DNA from: Oopsacas minuta
Lineage: Eukaryota > Animalia > Porifera
Length of the DNA stretch: 64,000 nucleotides
Reading direction: 5' to 3'
Assembly (NCBI GenBank): GCA_024704765.1
Contig: JAKMXF010000301.1
Location: 279,807-343,806 of the forward strand
Part shown: one piece after another, positions 49,110 through 61,200 of the stretch
Layout: each line of letters begins with the position of its first letter
Numbering within the stretch: position 1 is the stretch's first letter
Notes under the pieces: generated by a model
Databases searched by the model: none
Told to the model about the DNA's origin: nothing
What the model saw: only the letters and a program-made list of their open reading frames with translations
Translations under genes and position numbers: made by a program

Positions 49110-51387
49110 CAGTGGTTCTTAAACTGTGGTACGGGAGGTATCTCATTATTATTTAGGTATATGCAAAATTTGAATATTTTATACTAAAATACTCATTGTA
49201 ATACGTTAGTAAAGGTAAAAACATATGGATGGTTGGCTCAGAACAGTGACCGTAAGGAAGTGAAGTGAGGGTGGAGAGGACAATATTTCGATTGTCGCAT
49301 ACGAATTGGAGTACTATGAAGCGACCACAAGTGCCTGTGGTAGGACAGTGAGTGAAGTCAGCACGACAGCTAACGTTTGTAGCAAACGCAGCAAAGTTAT
49401 AAGAAAATATGATCAGAGTTATCTCAGTTTTGGATTCAGTTGGACCGGGACGGAGGGAGAGCCTAGGCCGCAGTGTGTAATGTGTGGTGATGTTCTCAGC
49501 AATGAAAGCATGAAGCCTGCGCATCTCAAACGGCATCTTACAACCAAACACGTGGTATTAAAAGACAAACCGATTGCATTCTTTCAGAGAAAACTTGATG
49601 AACTGAGCAGTCAAAGGCAATCATTGTGTCCTGGACTACACCCGTAGCCAAAGCACAGGAAGCCTCCTACTGTGACAGCTTACGCATAGTCAAAGCCGGT
49701 AAGCCACGTGATATTGGCGAGGAGCTGTGTCCACCGTTACCAAAAGAGATTACACACATTATGTGTGGGGAGAAGGCTGCCAGACAGTGAAACTTGGTGC
49801 CGCTTTCAAACGACACCGTATCGCGGAGAATAGTTGACATGGCAGATGACGTTAAAAACATACTGATCGAGCGTATCAAGAAGAGTCGTTATTTTTCAAT
49901 ACAGCTAGACGAGACAACTGACGTAGCAGATTTAGCTAATTTGCTAGTTTATGTCAGATAGGAATACGATGGAGCATCTCAAGAGGACTTTTCGTTCTGT
50001 CAGACACTGATAACGAGAACTACAGCAGAGCATATTTTTCTGTTATTGAATATTTTTATGGAAGAGAATTGTCTCGATTGGAAAAAGTGTGTTGGAGTTT
50101 GCACCGATGGTGCCAGGGCCATGACCGGGCGCCACAACTGGGTAGCAGCTCGAATTAGCGAAGTGGCCACCGAGATGCGATGGACCCACTGCAGCATTCA
50201 TCGATAAGCCCTGGCAGTGAAGAAATGTCTGAAGATCTAAAGTCAGTGTTGGACTCTGCTGTAAAACGGTGAATTTTATCAAGGCACGTCCGATGAATTC
50301 CAGTCTCTTTGGTGTGCTCTGTGATTAAATAAGCAGCGAGCATGTCCAACTCTTGCTCCATACCGAAGTAAGATGGTTGTCAAGAGGAAGGGTACTTACG
50401 AGGCTGTTCGAATTGCACTGGAAGGTGCAGATGTTCCTACAAGACAAACAATCTTCCTTGTTACACCTTTTTGAAAACAGTGAGTGGCTGAGTCAACTGG
50501 CTTACCTGTCAGACATTTTCTCTCGCTTGAAAGAGCTAAATTTGGGACTACAAGGACTGTCTATTACTGTTTTTGACGTGAATGACAAAATCAACGCAAT
50601 GGTGAAAAAGCTGCAGCTGTTTGAGATGAAAATCAAGGCAGGTGATGTTTCAGCTTTCCCCACTTTGGAGAGTTTTATATCTGAGAACAAGCTTGACCCT
50701 TGATGATGGTTTCAGAGACAACATTGTGGCGCACATTGATTCACTGAGACAACAGTTCTGCAACTACTATCCAGTATCAGCCGAAGTCAACAACTGGATG
50801 AGGAACCCGTTCACCGTCGAAGTTGCTGACATGCCTGAGGATTTCAGCACCGGTGTGCAGGAGAGTTTTTTGGAATTATCTTGCGACGAAACGTTAAAGT
50901 CCGATTTCAAAAGGATTTCATTGTTGGATTTTTGGATACAAAGACACGGCGAATGCCCAGCGCTTTAGAACAGGGCCACATGGTTTCTTCTTCCATTCGC
51001 GACTACATATCTGTGCGAGAAAGGCTTCTCATCTCGTGTTGCGATCAAGACAAAATACAGAAATAGGATGGACGCCGAGCCAGACCTGAGATTGAAGCTG
51101 ACCTCGATTGACCCAGACATCGCAAGGCTTGGTACACGAAAGCAGGCGCACCCTTCTCACTGATAGACCTGTAAGTCGATGTACACCAAAATGTACATCC
51201 ATAAACATTATTTGAATTATCCTAATGTCGATCATATTCTATTTATTGATATTATGTTTATTTTACGAGCGTTCTTCATATGCTTCATTATTCGGGGGTG
51301 AATTTAAATATCGATCTTTATGATGGTACGCGGAGACTCTAATATTTGGTGAAGTGGTACGTGCTGGAAAAAGTTTGAGAACCACTG
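49110..51387 (+). mobile_element. Buster/Charlie-type hAT element (ZBED5/FAM200-like transposase), full length with multiple stops and frameshifts
   Basis: TIRs CAGTGGTTCTTAAACT and AGTTTGAGAACCACTG with exact 8-bp TSD ATATAGAT. BED finger PQCVMCGDVLSNESMKPAHLKRHLTTKH, plus FSIQLDETTD, CTDGARAMTG, HTEVRWLSRG and C-terminal YLCE.GFS..KQAHPSH. Confidence 0.95.
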
Positions 51388-51886
51388 ATATAGATAAATT
51401 ACATGAAAAAATAATTCGGCTGTTTAGGGTCAACCATTCAGAGTAGATGTTCCATGTGTCCCCCTTTCATACATATTACTTATCCGAGGAGCATAGTAAA
51501 GTTTTGCATGACGGACTTCAATACTGGTCTTTTTATCCTTCTGATAACGGTTCATATGTTAGTTTTTATGTTCCACCAGTGTCTTGGGTTGTTCTGGTAT
51601 ATCCTGTCTTTAATATAGCCCACAGAAAAACATCTGGGGCCGTATTCACTAAGCATACTTAAACCGTATTCACTAAGATTGGTATTCACTAAGATTTAAG
51701 CTCATACTTAAGTATGTACTTAAGTACAAAAGTTAAGTAACCTACCGAGGTTGCTTAAGTTATTCAAGCTCTATTTTAAGTTTCCAAACATATTATATTT
51801 ATCGATAACATTGATGTAATCACTTCAGTCACTCGTTTTTTTTGATTAATTCATACTTTCACTATAAATTATGATTTTCTATGATG

Positions 51887-52636
51887 TTACAATATGACTA
51901 AATCGTATATCGAAAGCTGCTGCTGTTGATCTTTTTCTAAAAGTCTCTGCTTTTTATGACGATAATACTCCCTCTGCTCTTCAATCAGCTGTAGTTGAAC
52001 CGAGAATACTTCCATCTGTTTAAGGAGCACTTCTCGTTGCAGAGGAAGTAAATCAGAGACCTTTGTTGACTGTTCGATGCTCCTCTTACGCCTACGCCTC
52101 CCCTCTGGACGACTGTTAACTACAGTAACTTCTGGTCCCTCAAACACTGGTGTTACTTCTCTGCTTTCGCTAATCTCAGTGTGTGAAGGCAATGTTGTTG
52201 AAGCTTGAAACATATCAACACTACCACATATTCCAGAGAACGCTGGCGTACTTGAGAACATCTGTGATACTCTCTCCGTCACAGATGTGGATATTTCCCT
52301 ATCGGAGCTAAGGATCCGGATGTCTTCATCCTCCACTTCACCAGCTTCATTTGGCCCTCCTCCTGTCCTCCTCGCTTCCCTTCGACTGGAATCCACACGG
52401 GCTTTTGCGGAACCTTTTAGATTGTTCCACTTCTTCTTTACATCTTTCACATCTCGGTTGTTGCCATGGATGGAATTGATTTTCCTCATAACATTGTTCC
52501 AAAGCCTCGTCTTTTTTATGTTTATCTCCGCGCACTGACCAGCAGTACCTCTCAATATATCTCCAGCATCCTGGATTGCCTCAATGAGTGTATACTCCTC
52601 CTCCTTTGTCCAATTTACTTTGCGACCTTTGTCCAT
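51887..52636 (-). CDS. Harbinger-associated Myb/SANT-like DNA-binding protein (249 aa, intact ORF)
   Basis: MDKGRKVNWTKEEEYTLIE..KKTRLWNNVMRKINS..RDVKDVKKKWNNLK..RRTGGG is a Myb/SANT-like (MSANTD/NAIF1-type) domain, followed by a C-terminal coiled coil. The start at 52636 is chosen by domain alignment. Confidence 0.85.
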   Translation of the reverse strand: MDKGRKVNWTKEEEYTLIEAIQDAGDILRGTAGQCAEINIKKTRLWNNVMRKINSIHGNNRDVKDVKKKWNNLKGSAKARVDSSRREARRTGGGPNEAGEVEDEDIRILSSDREISTSVTERVSQMFSSTPAFSGICGSVDMFQASTTLPSHTEISESREVTPVFEGPEVTVVNSRPEGRRRRKRSIEQSTKVSDLLPLQREVLLKQMEVFSVQLQLIEEQREYYRHKKQRLLEKDQQQQLSIYDLVIL

Positions 52637-52746
52637 ACTCTTGCTTTGGAATATCAATAACCTCCACCAATTTATAGTTTTCATAATGCAACAACTAGCT
52701 CCAAATTCAAGTGCGATACTTGATACATTTCGCAATTAAATATCCC

Positions 52747-52862
52747 AACTACAAAGACCAACATCCTACTTAGATGTTTCAAAACTACAAAGACCAACAT
52801 CCTACTTAGATGTTTCAAAACTACAAAGACCAACACCCTACTTAGATGTTTCAAAACTACAA
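52747..52862. repeat. Tandem repeat, 36 bp x 3.2
   Basis: Unit AACTACAAAGACCAACATCCTACTTAGATGTTTCAA head to tail with no spacers and one substitution. Confidence 0.9.
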
Positions 52863-52938
52863 TTTCCATGTTACCTTATAATCATTAACTGTGCAAAATG
52901 TTTCCATATCTACATCACAACATATATGCTATGTGAAT

Positions 52939-53985
52939 TTAGTTGCTGAAATTATGAATAGAAAATTGATCCCTGTAATGCTTTGATGCCAAATGCCCAA
53001 CAGTTTCTTCAAAGTCAAGAACATCATCCGGATAGGAATCATCGGAGACTTCATCTTCTAAGAGAGGTTGTTTCCACTGTATTGCTATGTTATGCAATAC
53101 CGCACAAGCAACTATGATCGAACAAACTTCATCTGGACTCCTCCTGAGCTCTCCATGAAGACAGTGGAATCTTCGTTTCCATCGCCCAAATGTCTGTTCA
53201 ACAATAACCCTTGTCCTCTTATTGTGCATAGTTGTAGTTAAATTGGGGAGTAGATATTGGTTGGCGATAAGGAGTGAGTAAATATGGCCTCATCATGTAA
53301 CCGCTATCTCCTAATATATGCTCCCCTATTGAAAAGGTATTTTCAACATGCATCCCAACACCTGAATTCTTCCAAATCCGTGAATCGTGAACAGACCCAG
53401 GAAAACGTGTCAATACATCACTAAACATTCCATCTGGTTGGCAAATAGCTTGGACATTAATTGAGTGGTAAAAATGCCGATTTATATAATCTGCTTCATT
53501 TTCCGAGGGTCTTTGGATTCGTATGTGTGTTCCGTCAACTAATCCTACTACGCCTGGAAAGTGAGCAATTTCATAAAACTTGTTTTGACTTCTACCCTCT
53601 TGAGACCAGCAGGCAAACTAACAAACTGATGGTATATAGCTTGCAAACCCAGAGAAACATCTCGGATATAACGAGAGGCAGAAGCTTGGCTTACGTTTAT
53701 CCCATCTCCACAAATTATCTGGAACGTTCCAGAAGCGAAAAATTGAAGTGCCACACAAACATGCAAGTGAGGGGAAGCAGCACAAGAACGCTCGGTGAAA
53801 TTCAAATAGTTAGCTATCAACTCTGTAATTTTAGATATTGAAGCTCTAGAGAAACGGAAACGTCGAACAAGTTCCATATCATCATAACAATCTAGGGGAT
53901 CATTGAGATCCCTGAAAACTCGTTGACGTGCCATTGAGGAAGAGGTTTCTTCTTCTGCGAGAAATAGTGGAATCATCTGTGCCAT
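52939..53985 (-). pseudogene. Harbinger DDE transposase (HARBI1-like) with two frameshifts
   Basis: RFRFSR..VALQFFASG..VSQASASR, FPGVVGLVDGTHI, HSINVQAIC, FPGSVHDSRIW, ILGDSGY, TRVIVEQTFGRWKRRF and ACAVLHN are spread over three frames. Confidence 0.9.
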
Positions 53986-56900
53986 TTGTTTATATTAAAA
54001 TACTGGAATATTTATATATTATATTTGATCATAATTGTATTTAGCAAAACAGTCATTAGTGTAAGTTGGAATGTATAATTCAGAATGATATTATTTAATA
54101 TTACGTACAAAGTAATGCATTCCTTAGTAACAGATATGTTATATCATAAGCGTTCGAGGAATTCCTTGTAACATTATTTGTGAAGTATTTCATGAACGTA
54201 AACCACAATATTATCGTGAGATCATGCATAAAACATGAAAAGTTTTGAAAATATATTCCTGAATGATTGAAAGTAATTCTGTAAAGCAATCCATCAGAAA
54301 CTCACAAATTCATGAATATAAGTGATACTTAAGTATGTACTTACTTAAGTATGTACTTAGTTAAGTACATACTTAAGTGCGTACTTAACTCTTAGTGAAT
54401 ACGACTTAAGTACGTACCTAACTAAGTACGTACTTAGTACTTAAGTACTTAAGTACTAAGTATGCTTAGTGAATAGGGCGGCAGGGGGACTCAGGTCGCA
54501 CGAATAAGTGGGCCACTCGATCTCACACTTGCGATTGATGATCCTGGACTTGAAGTGAGCTCTAAGCCAATCCAGGAACCTTTGACCTGCATGGGGAGGA
54601 GCACCGTCCTGCTGGAACCACATCTTCTGCCAATTACTGGGAAAGAGACGTTTCAAGTCCTCGGAGAACCTCTCTAGCATCACAATGTAGCGTTCACTGT
54701 TGATGCTTGTCGTCACTCCATTTTCCTCGAAGAAATATGGGCCAATAATGCATTTCTCAGAAAGAGCACACCAAACTGTGACCTTCTTCGAGCGAAGAGG
54801 CTTGGTTATCACCTCGGTAGGTCTCTGAAAACCCCAATATATGCTATTTTTAGAGTTTACCGCCCTCTCAAGATAGCAATGAGCCTCATCGCTTGTCCAC
54901 AGAAGCTGGAGAAAATTCTTTGTTTTTCCGATTTGTCAGCCAAAACCTTCACCATGTCCAGCCTGTACATCTTTGCAGCTTCTGTGTGCTTCTGGTGGGT
55001 GGCAATGCGATAGGAAACAATTTTAGGGTTTCATTAATCGCTCTTAACATCGTTGAAAGTGAGGAAGCTAGCTCTTGACACCTCCTCCGCGTCGATTTGT
55101 GTGGTGACTCTTGTACGGATTCTCGCAGGCGGTCGATAAACACCTCATCCCGCCTCCTCTTTCGTCCTGATTGACTATTTCGACCCCGGATTTTTCAGTT
55201 GAGATTCCTTACCGTCCCTTCTTTCCTAAACTTGGCCACCCACTTGACAATGAGTGATTTGTAGGTTAGTTAACGGGGTTGAACTTGGTAATAACATCGC
55301 GTATCGTTTCATGGAAACTCTTCGTCTCCATGTACCTCTCAACGGCGAATGCTTTAAGTTCTACATTCTAAAGAGAGTACTGCTTGGGCGTAGGAGTTAT
55401 ATTTGACATTTGCTAAAACGGTATAAAGTTGGAAGAAAAGTTGCAACTTGAGTGGTGGAAAGTTGCACTGGTACACTTTGTTTTGGACCACCCTGTACTC
55501 TTCGATGTTGCCAGATGTTTCACTACCTCCTAGATATCCAGGGTAGCCGTGGGTATTCACATATATTTTCAAACATGTATTTCCATGCGGTCTGACATAG
55601 GTGTCCCCAATATGGATTTCCTCTAGAAAGACAATAATCCCCATTCCGATGATAACACTGAAAAATGAAAATATTCACCTCAAGAAATCACATGGCTTAG
55701 TACAAAGAATAAATGCGAATTCCCATATGTGTGATCCCATATTGGAATTCCCATACCCAAGCAAACCCAGTAGATATCTCTAAGGATATCATAATCCAAT
55801 AGCCTGTTGCTCAATTTGATATAAACCAAGAGGCGAAGCACTAAAAGGAAATTTCTCTGACCCTTATACAGTTACTATAAAATATTGCCTTGTTGTACCA
55901 GTATCGGTAGTCCGGTACTGCAAGGTGAATTTACACGATCACGGTACCTATACTGTAGCCACAGCCTACAATTAAACGACCACATAAATGGGTTGAAAAG
56001 ATCTAGCTGCATTTCGATGACCGAGCCGAGTCAAAAGAGGGGTTACTGGATATACATAGAACAAGTTTTGAGAATGGAATGTGTTACATTCCGGCAATGA
56101 AACGAAAAAATATTTTCCAAACAAAGGTTATACTACCCCAATTATCAAGAATTTATCTAGGAGAGCGGGACGCTCCTTTATGTGTATGATTTTTTACGAA
56201 ATCATGTTTTGACGATATCATGAAATTGAGGATACTGTAACAATAATTTACTGATTTCGGTGTATGCAAATTTGAGAAGAGGAGCGCCGAATGACATAGA
56301 TATCTCCGTGCCTACAATGAGGAGAATTTATACTGACTACGAATATCTGTTAAGAAACATTATTAGACTAAAATATGGAAGTCAAGTAAATCCTGCATGA
56401 TTTGAAGCGAAATGGGTAAAATATAGAAATTTCAATTTCGTATTTTTCGCTTAAACAAATTTTATACATATATTTGTAACTAGTATCACATTTATCTTAA
56501 TAATATGGATCACATGACCATGGTTTGGGAAATATATTTTCTTTACCGCGCAGGAATATGACCCATTCCTTTCTCATTTTCTCATCACTTGGTATATCTT
56601 ACATATCTAAACTCTATCATTTTTTTGTATGTTCGGATTGATTGAAGAACTGGTTTAGGATACAGAATTGAAATTTGGTACGGGGTGGGGAATGACGTTT
56701 CTAGAAACAAGTGTAAATATCTGATGAATATATTCACACCTTCTCACATAGTTCATAATAAAAAATAACGGGTAATTAGCTAGTCTGGCTCTCATTCCCT
56801 TGATGGTTTTCGCTTAAACAATATGCTTTATAATTTATCATACAATTTAACCTGTACTCAACTGTAAGATGAGTAACCACCTATCCCGAATACTGACATA

Positions 56901-57121
56901 CACAATTATACACAAATCAGGATCTTCCAGTTATCTTCTTCAAGAATCTCGTCAGTATCTTCAATTCATCAACTTCCGGAATCTCAACACTATATAGAAA
57001 AATAACCACAAGAAGGTGCCGGTGAACTATAGTGTCTGTATCCATTGCGAACGTAAAACTTCGGCCGTATTCGGTTAAACTCTTTTGTTTATTTTTATTT
57101 AATCTATTTTTGATTACAAGC

Positions 57122-57163
57122 ATGCCTCACTTCCAGCGCGTGGCACCGCTGGAAGCGAAGCAT
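57122..57163 (-). other. GC-rich 17-bp stem-loop
   Basis: ATGCCTCACTTCCAGCG-CGTGGCAC-CGCTGGAAGCGAAGCAT. The two plus-strand mismatches become G.U pairs on the minus strand. Confidence 0.55.
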
Positions 57164-58250
57164 TTCGATTCTTTCTTTCATACTCATAATAACACCAATC
57201 TATTCACATAAGATAAACTTAAAAAGCGAAATGCTGATTCAGAGTACTTTATCTACCCAATATGTACGTTGAGAGCATATCTCTTCGAAAATTTGGAGAT
57301 TTATTCAGTTTGTTGACTATTGTTTATACCCAAACCAACAATTAAATTTACATATGGTTAATTAAAAAGTATAATAATTTGATTCTGCATATTCTATTTT
57401 GCATTTAATTCTGCTTAGTGAGGATGGGAAACAATTTAGAAATTGCGGCCTGCTGAAAGTCATAAAATGATGAATGCGACCCTCAACCCAAAGGTTTTTT
57501 TACCCCTCCCTTTTTTGTATAGATGCTATGTACACCTGAGCTCATAGCGGTAAATAATTAGTTTAATATAGCCAAAGTTTCTTATATCCGACTTGGTAAT
57601 AATAGGAGTGCACTATTTATTTCTAATTATACTTAGTCAACTCCAGTAAATGAGAAAAAATAGTTCCTTAATTTCCTGGGGTTGAGGAATAATCCGGGAT
57701 TAAATGGCAGAGCGCCAGTGAAAGTGTATACGCAAACTCTTTGTGTAAGGCTTATAGTCCCGGGATGGACAAATGGTTAATTAAAAATTTAATTGAACGA
57801 GGATATTAAAATACATTCTATTTTCTATGTGTTATAGTTAATATTTCGAAAGTTACTCTCTACAATTATGGAAATACCCAAACATCCCACTTTTCGAAAA
57901 ACCATAAATCTAGCCTCCCCTTTTTGGCCTTGAGTGGTCGGCACCCTTGGTCTGATCCGAGTTCCACTTTAATACATCCTTACTACTCTTAGCTAAATAA
58001 TAGCTTCTAATCCTTAATCTTTCGTCTCCAATGTCCTAACATTGCATAGTTTTTACAGCTGAAGCCATTTTTTCTAATTATTTCTTTGCATGCTATTTAG
58101 TAAGAAAAAGCCAATAGTAGAACTAATCTGTTTGAAAATGTATGTAAATATCATATTCTTTACAATCTAAGGTTAAAAACAATAGTAATTCAACACGCTA
58201 AGTAAGAAGAAACGGTTTCGACTATACCATATTTCTATATGTGTGATTCA

Positions 58251-58291
58251 TCCCCTTCCTTATTTTTTTGCAACTAGGTATTCTAGGCTAG
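58251..58291 (+). promoter_or_regulatory. 3' splice-site-like signal upstream of the M16 ATG
   Basis: CCCCTTCCTTATTTTTTTGCAACTAG|GTATTCTAG|GCTAG|ATG: a pyrimidine tract followed by three AGs, the last abutting the ATG. Confidence 0.5.
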
Positions 58292-61200
58292 ATGACTGCT
58301 CGGAATACTCGTTATAGGAATGTATCTGAGGATAGTACAGATGAAGATATTCATATTGAAGATGATACAATTCCGTTGTCGAGTCAACCAGATGAAGACC
58401 TTTCTAATCTGAATGTTAACACTCATTCTAAGGTTAAATCTTATCAGTTGTGCAAGGTTAAACATCGTGAGAAGTGCGCTGCTATAACATTCACTTTGCT
58501 TACATTGGGATTCGCTATTATCACGATGACGTTAATATACGTAAGTGCTTTCGCCTTACGACATGATCACGTTCTAGATAATGGAGGTTCTGATCCAGAT
58601 ATCCAGAATTGTATCCATGCTCATCTCAGTAATGGTATTATTCTGCCATTACTTGACAAAAAAACTTATTTATACAAACAATTGAATAATAGTTTACGGG
58701 TTTTGGTTATAAGTGATCCAGATACCAAAGTATCAGGTGCTTCTCTGTCTATCCTTTCTGGATCCTTTAATGAAGGTCCTGTTCCAGGTTTGGCTCACTT
58801 TTGTGAGCATTTATTATTTTTAGGAAATAAGAAATATCAATTACCTGACGCTTTTATGACGTACGTTGCTGAACACAATGGATTTACTAATGCTTATACT
58901 GACTTGGGCATTACCAATTTTTATTTTCAAGTTGAATCTGATTTCTTTTTTCAAGCTCTTGATATGTTCTCTAACCTTTTCATACATCCACTTTTTAACT
59001 TTGAATATATTCAGAAAGAGATTAATGCAGTTAATTCCGAATACGAATTAGATAAATTTTCAGATGAATGGAGGCTATTTCGTCTCTTGCAACTTGGTTC
59101 TAATGAATCACACCCGTTTCACCAGTTTAACATCGGTAATACTGAAACTTTGAACATCACTAATATTCAAAGTTATGTGTCTAGTTACTTTTACAAATAT
59201 TTTAGTTCGAATCTAATGACTGTTGTGTTATATGGAAGTGAAAATATCACTACATTGTCTCAAATTGCAGAATTACGATTTGGTATTGTTCCGAATTTGA
59301 ATTTATTTGAAAGAATCTACCTACCTCCATATTCTTCATTACCCACATTTATACTAGCTCAAGCTCTAGAACAAACTAATGCAATAATTTTAGTATTTCA
59401 ATTACCATCATTTACGAAATATTTTAACTATTCGCCAAATTTTATTCTCTACTTATTGGATTTTCCTGGAAGTATTGGTTTCATAAGTAGCATGAGACAA
59501 TCGGGATTAGTTGATGATATTCATGTAACTACTCAGCAGCTTGTATCAAGTACTTTATTGAAGATTACTATCCTAGTTCAGAGTAAATTGATATTTGACC
59601 AAAAATGGTTTTTTCTTGTTGAATCTTTTTTCTCTTATATCCAACAAATACGCCAACTTAATTCGAATTTAATGGAGGAAATGTTTGACTCTTGGAAAAA
59701 GGTCAATAGTTTCAAGTTTGATTATGAGTTAAATGGTTCTCAAAAAGTTTCTTCCATAGTTTCGAATTTAGCTCGTCAGATGCAATTCATTCATTCTACA
59801 AAAGATTTGTTGTTACCTCCCTGTTCGCTCCTATTTAATTACACTTTCATTTCTACTACATTACTCTCACAGATTAAACCTTCTAATCTTCTCATTATAA
59901 TGTATTCAAATGAATTCAATTCATCTGATAATCAAGGTTGGCGAAATTTGACAATGAATGATCAGTATTTTGACATCGATTTTGTTGTTTACCCTATTAA
60001 TTCTGATTATGTTTCTAAATGGGACAGTGTAAATTCAAGTGCATTTGTTCTCCCAGATGATAATTTTATTCCCTCTATTTTACGAGTTGAGCCTTCTCTC
60101 AGTGAAGGTTTTAATCCTGAGTTGTCTTTATTCGGAAGTCTTGTCATTTGGCACCTTTATAATTCCAAGTTTTCAGACCCTTATATCAAATTTTCTTGTA
60201 TACTTGATACTAGTGACAAATATTATAACTTAGAGCATTATACTGCTCTCCAATTATTCAAATTTATTATTTATACAATTTTTCCAGATGAGATGTACAT
60301 GTATCAAAACTTTTATTCTCTCTCAATTCCTATCCCAAATTATTTCAATAGATTGTCACTAAATTTTGAAGGATATTCTGATAATATCTTATTTGAGAGT
60401 TTCATTGATAAAGCTACTGATATATTGACCAATTCATCATTCTTAACCAATAGCTATGCTTATACTATAGCTTATAATATGTATTCAAACACCTTGGCTA
60501 ATTATTTCAAACAATCAACTGCTGTTGATTTAGTGATTGATAATTTCAAGCTTTTATTCTTTCCAACTGCATATAAGATTGTTGACATTTACGAAAGCTT
60601 ACAAAATATCACGAAAGATAAGTTTATTCATTATTTATACGAAACTAATACAAACTCATTTCTAACTTGCTTCTCATTTGGAAATGTTGATAAATCTTTA
60701 TCCCTAAGGACTGGTAATAAAATTCAACAAGAATTTGGATCAGACTTGATGATATCTCCCGTAATTCAACAATTGACTCATTTATGCCAAGGAGTTAACT
60801 ATACCTTCTCGCGAAATAACTCTAACAGCCAAGATTTAAATTCAGTGATAGATGTTGTATATCAATTTGGCTCAATTTGTGGGGTGAAGAAGTTAGGTGA
60901 CAGTTGTAATACTACCCAATTACAAAGCTATGTGCTGTTGAAATTACTAGTGAGTATAATGTCAACGCACTTCTTCTCCATATTGAGAACTGAGGAACAA
61001 TTGGGTTACCTAGTTCAAAATTTTATATGGACAGAATCAGATGAAATTTTTTTGCATTTTCTTATTGAAAGTCCTTATAATAGCCCTGATTATCTAGAAG
61101 AGAGAATCGATCATTTTCTTTTGAATTTTAGCAAAACACTCGGATCAATACCTCTAGACAATTGGGATGATATTATTAGCGCTTATAACCAAACCATACT

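Larger units (their letters stand above)
51637..54481 (-). mobile_element. PIF/Harbinger transposon (two-gene), inserted into the DD41D transposase
   Basis: TIRs GGGCCGTATTCACTAAGCATACTTA and TAAGTATGCTTAGTGAATAGGGCGG. 3-bp flanks CTG and CAG (CWG type). Subterminal arrays of GTATTCACTAAG and the TACTTAAGTA palindrome. Confidence 0.9.
47760..55495 (-). mobile_element. DD41D (rosa/Visitor-like) Tc1/mariner element expanded to 7.7 kb by nested insertions
   Basis: Matching ends (t)CAGGTGGTCCAAAACAAAGTGTA and TACACTTTGTTTTGGACCACCCTG with TA flanks. The transposase runs 55330->54482 and resumes at 51636->51420 across the Harbinger: FQQDGAPPH..WPTYSCDLSP|PD.FLWG gives D-(41)-D. Assignment of the left end to this element is inferred from TIR identity. 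Confidence 0.72.

Noticed and set aside
52747-52862. 36-bp repeats as a CRISPR array
   Set aside because: Units are contiguous with no spacers, there are no cas genes, and the context is eukaryotic inside a Harbinger.
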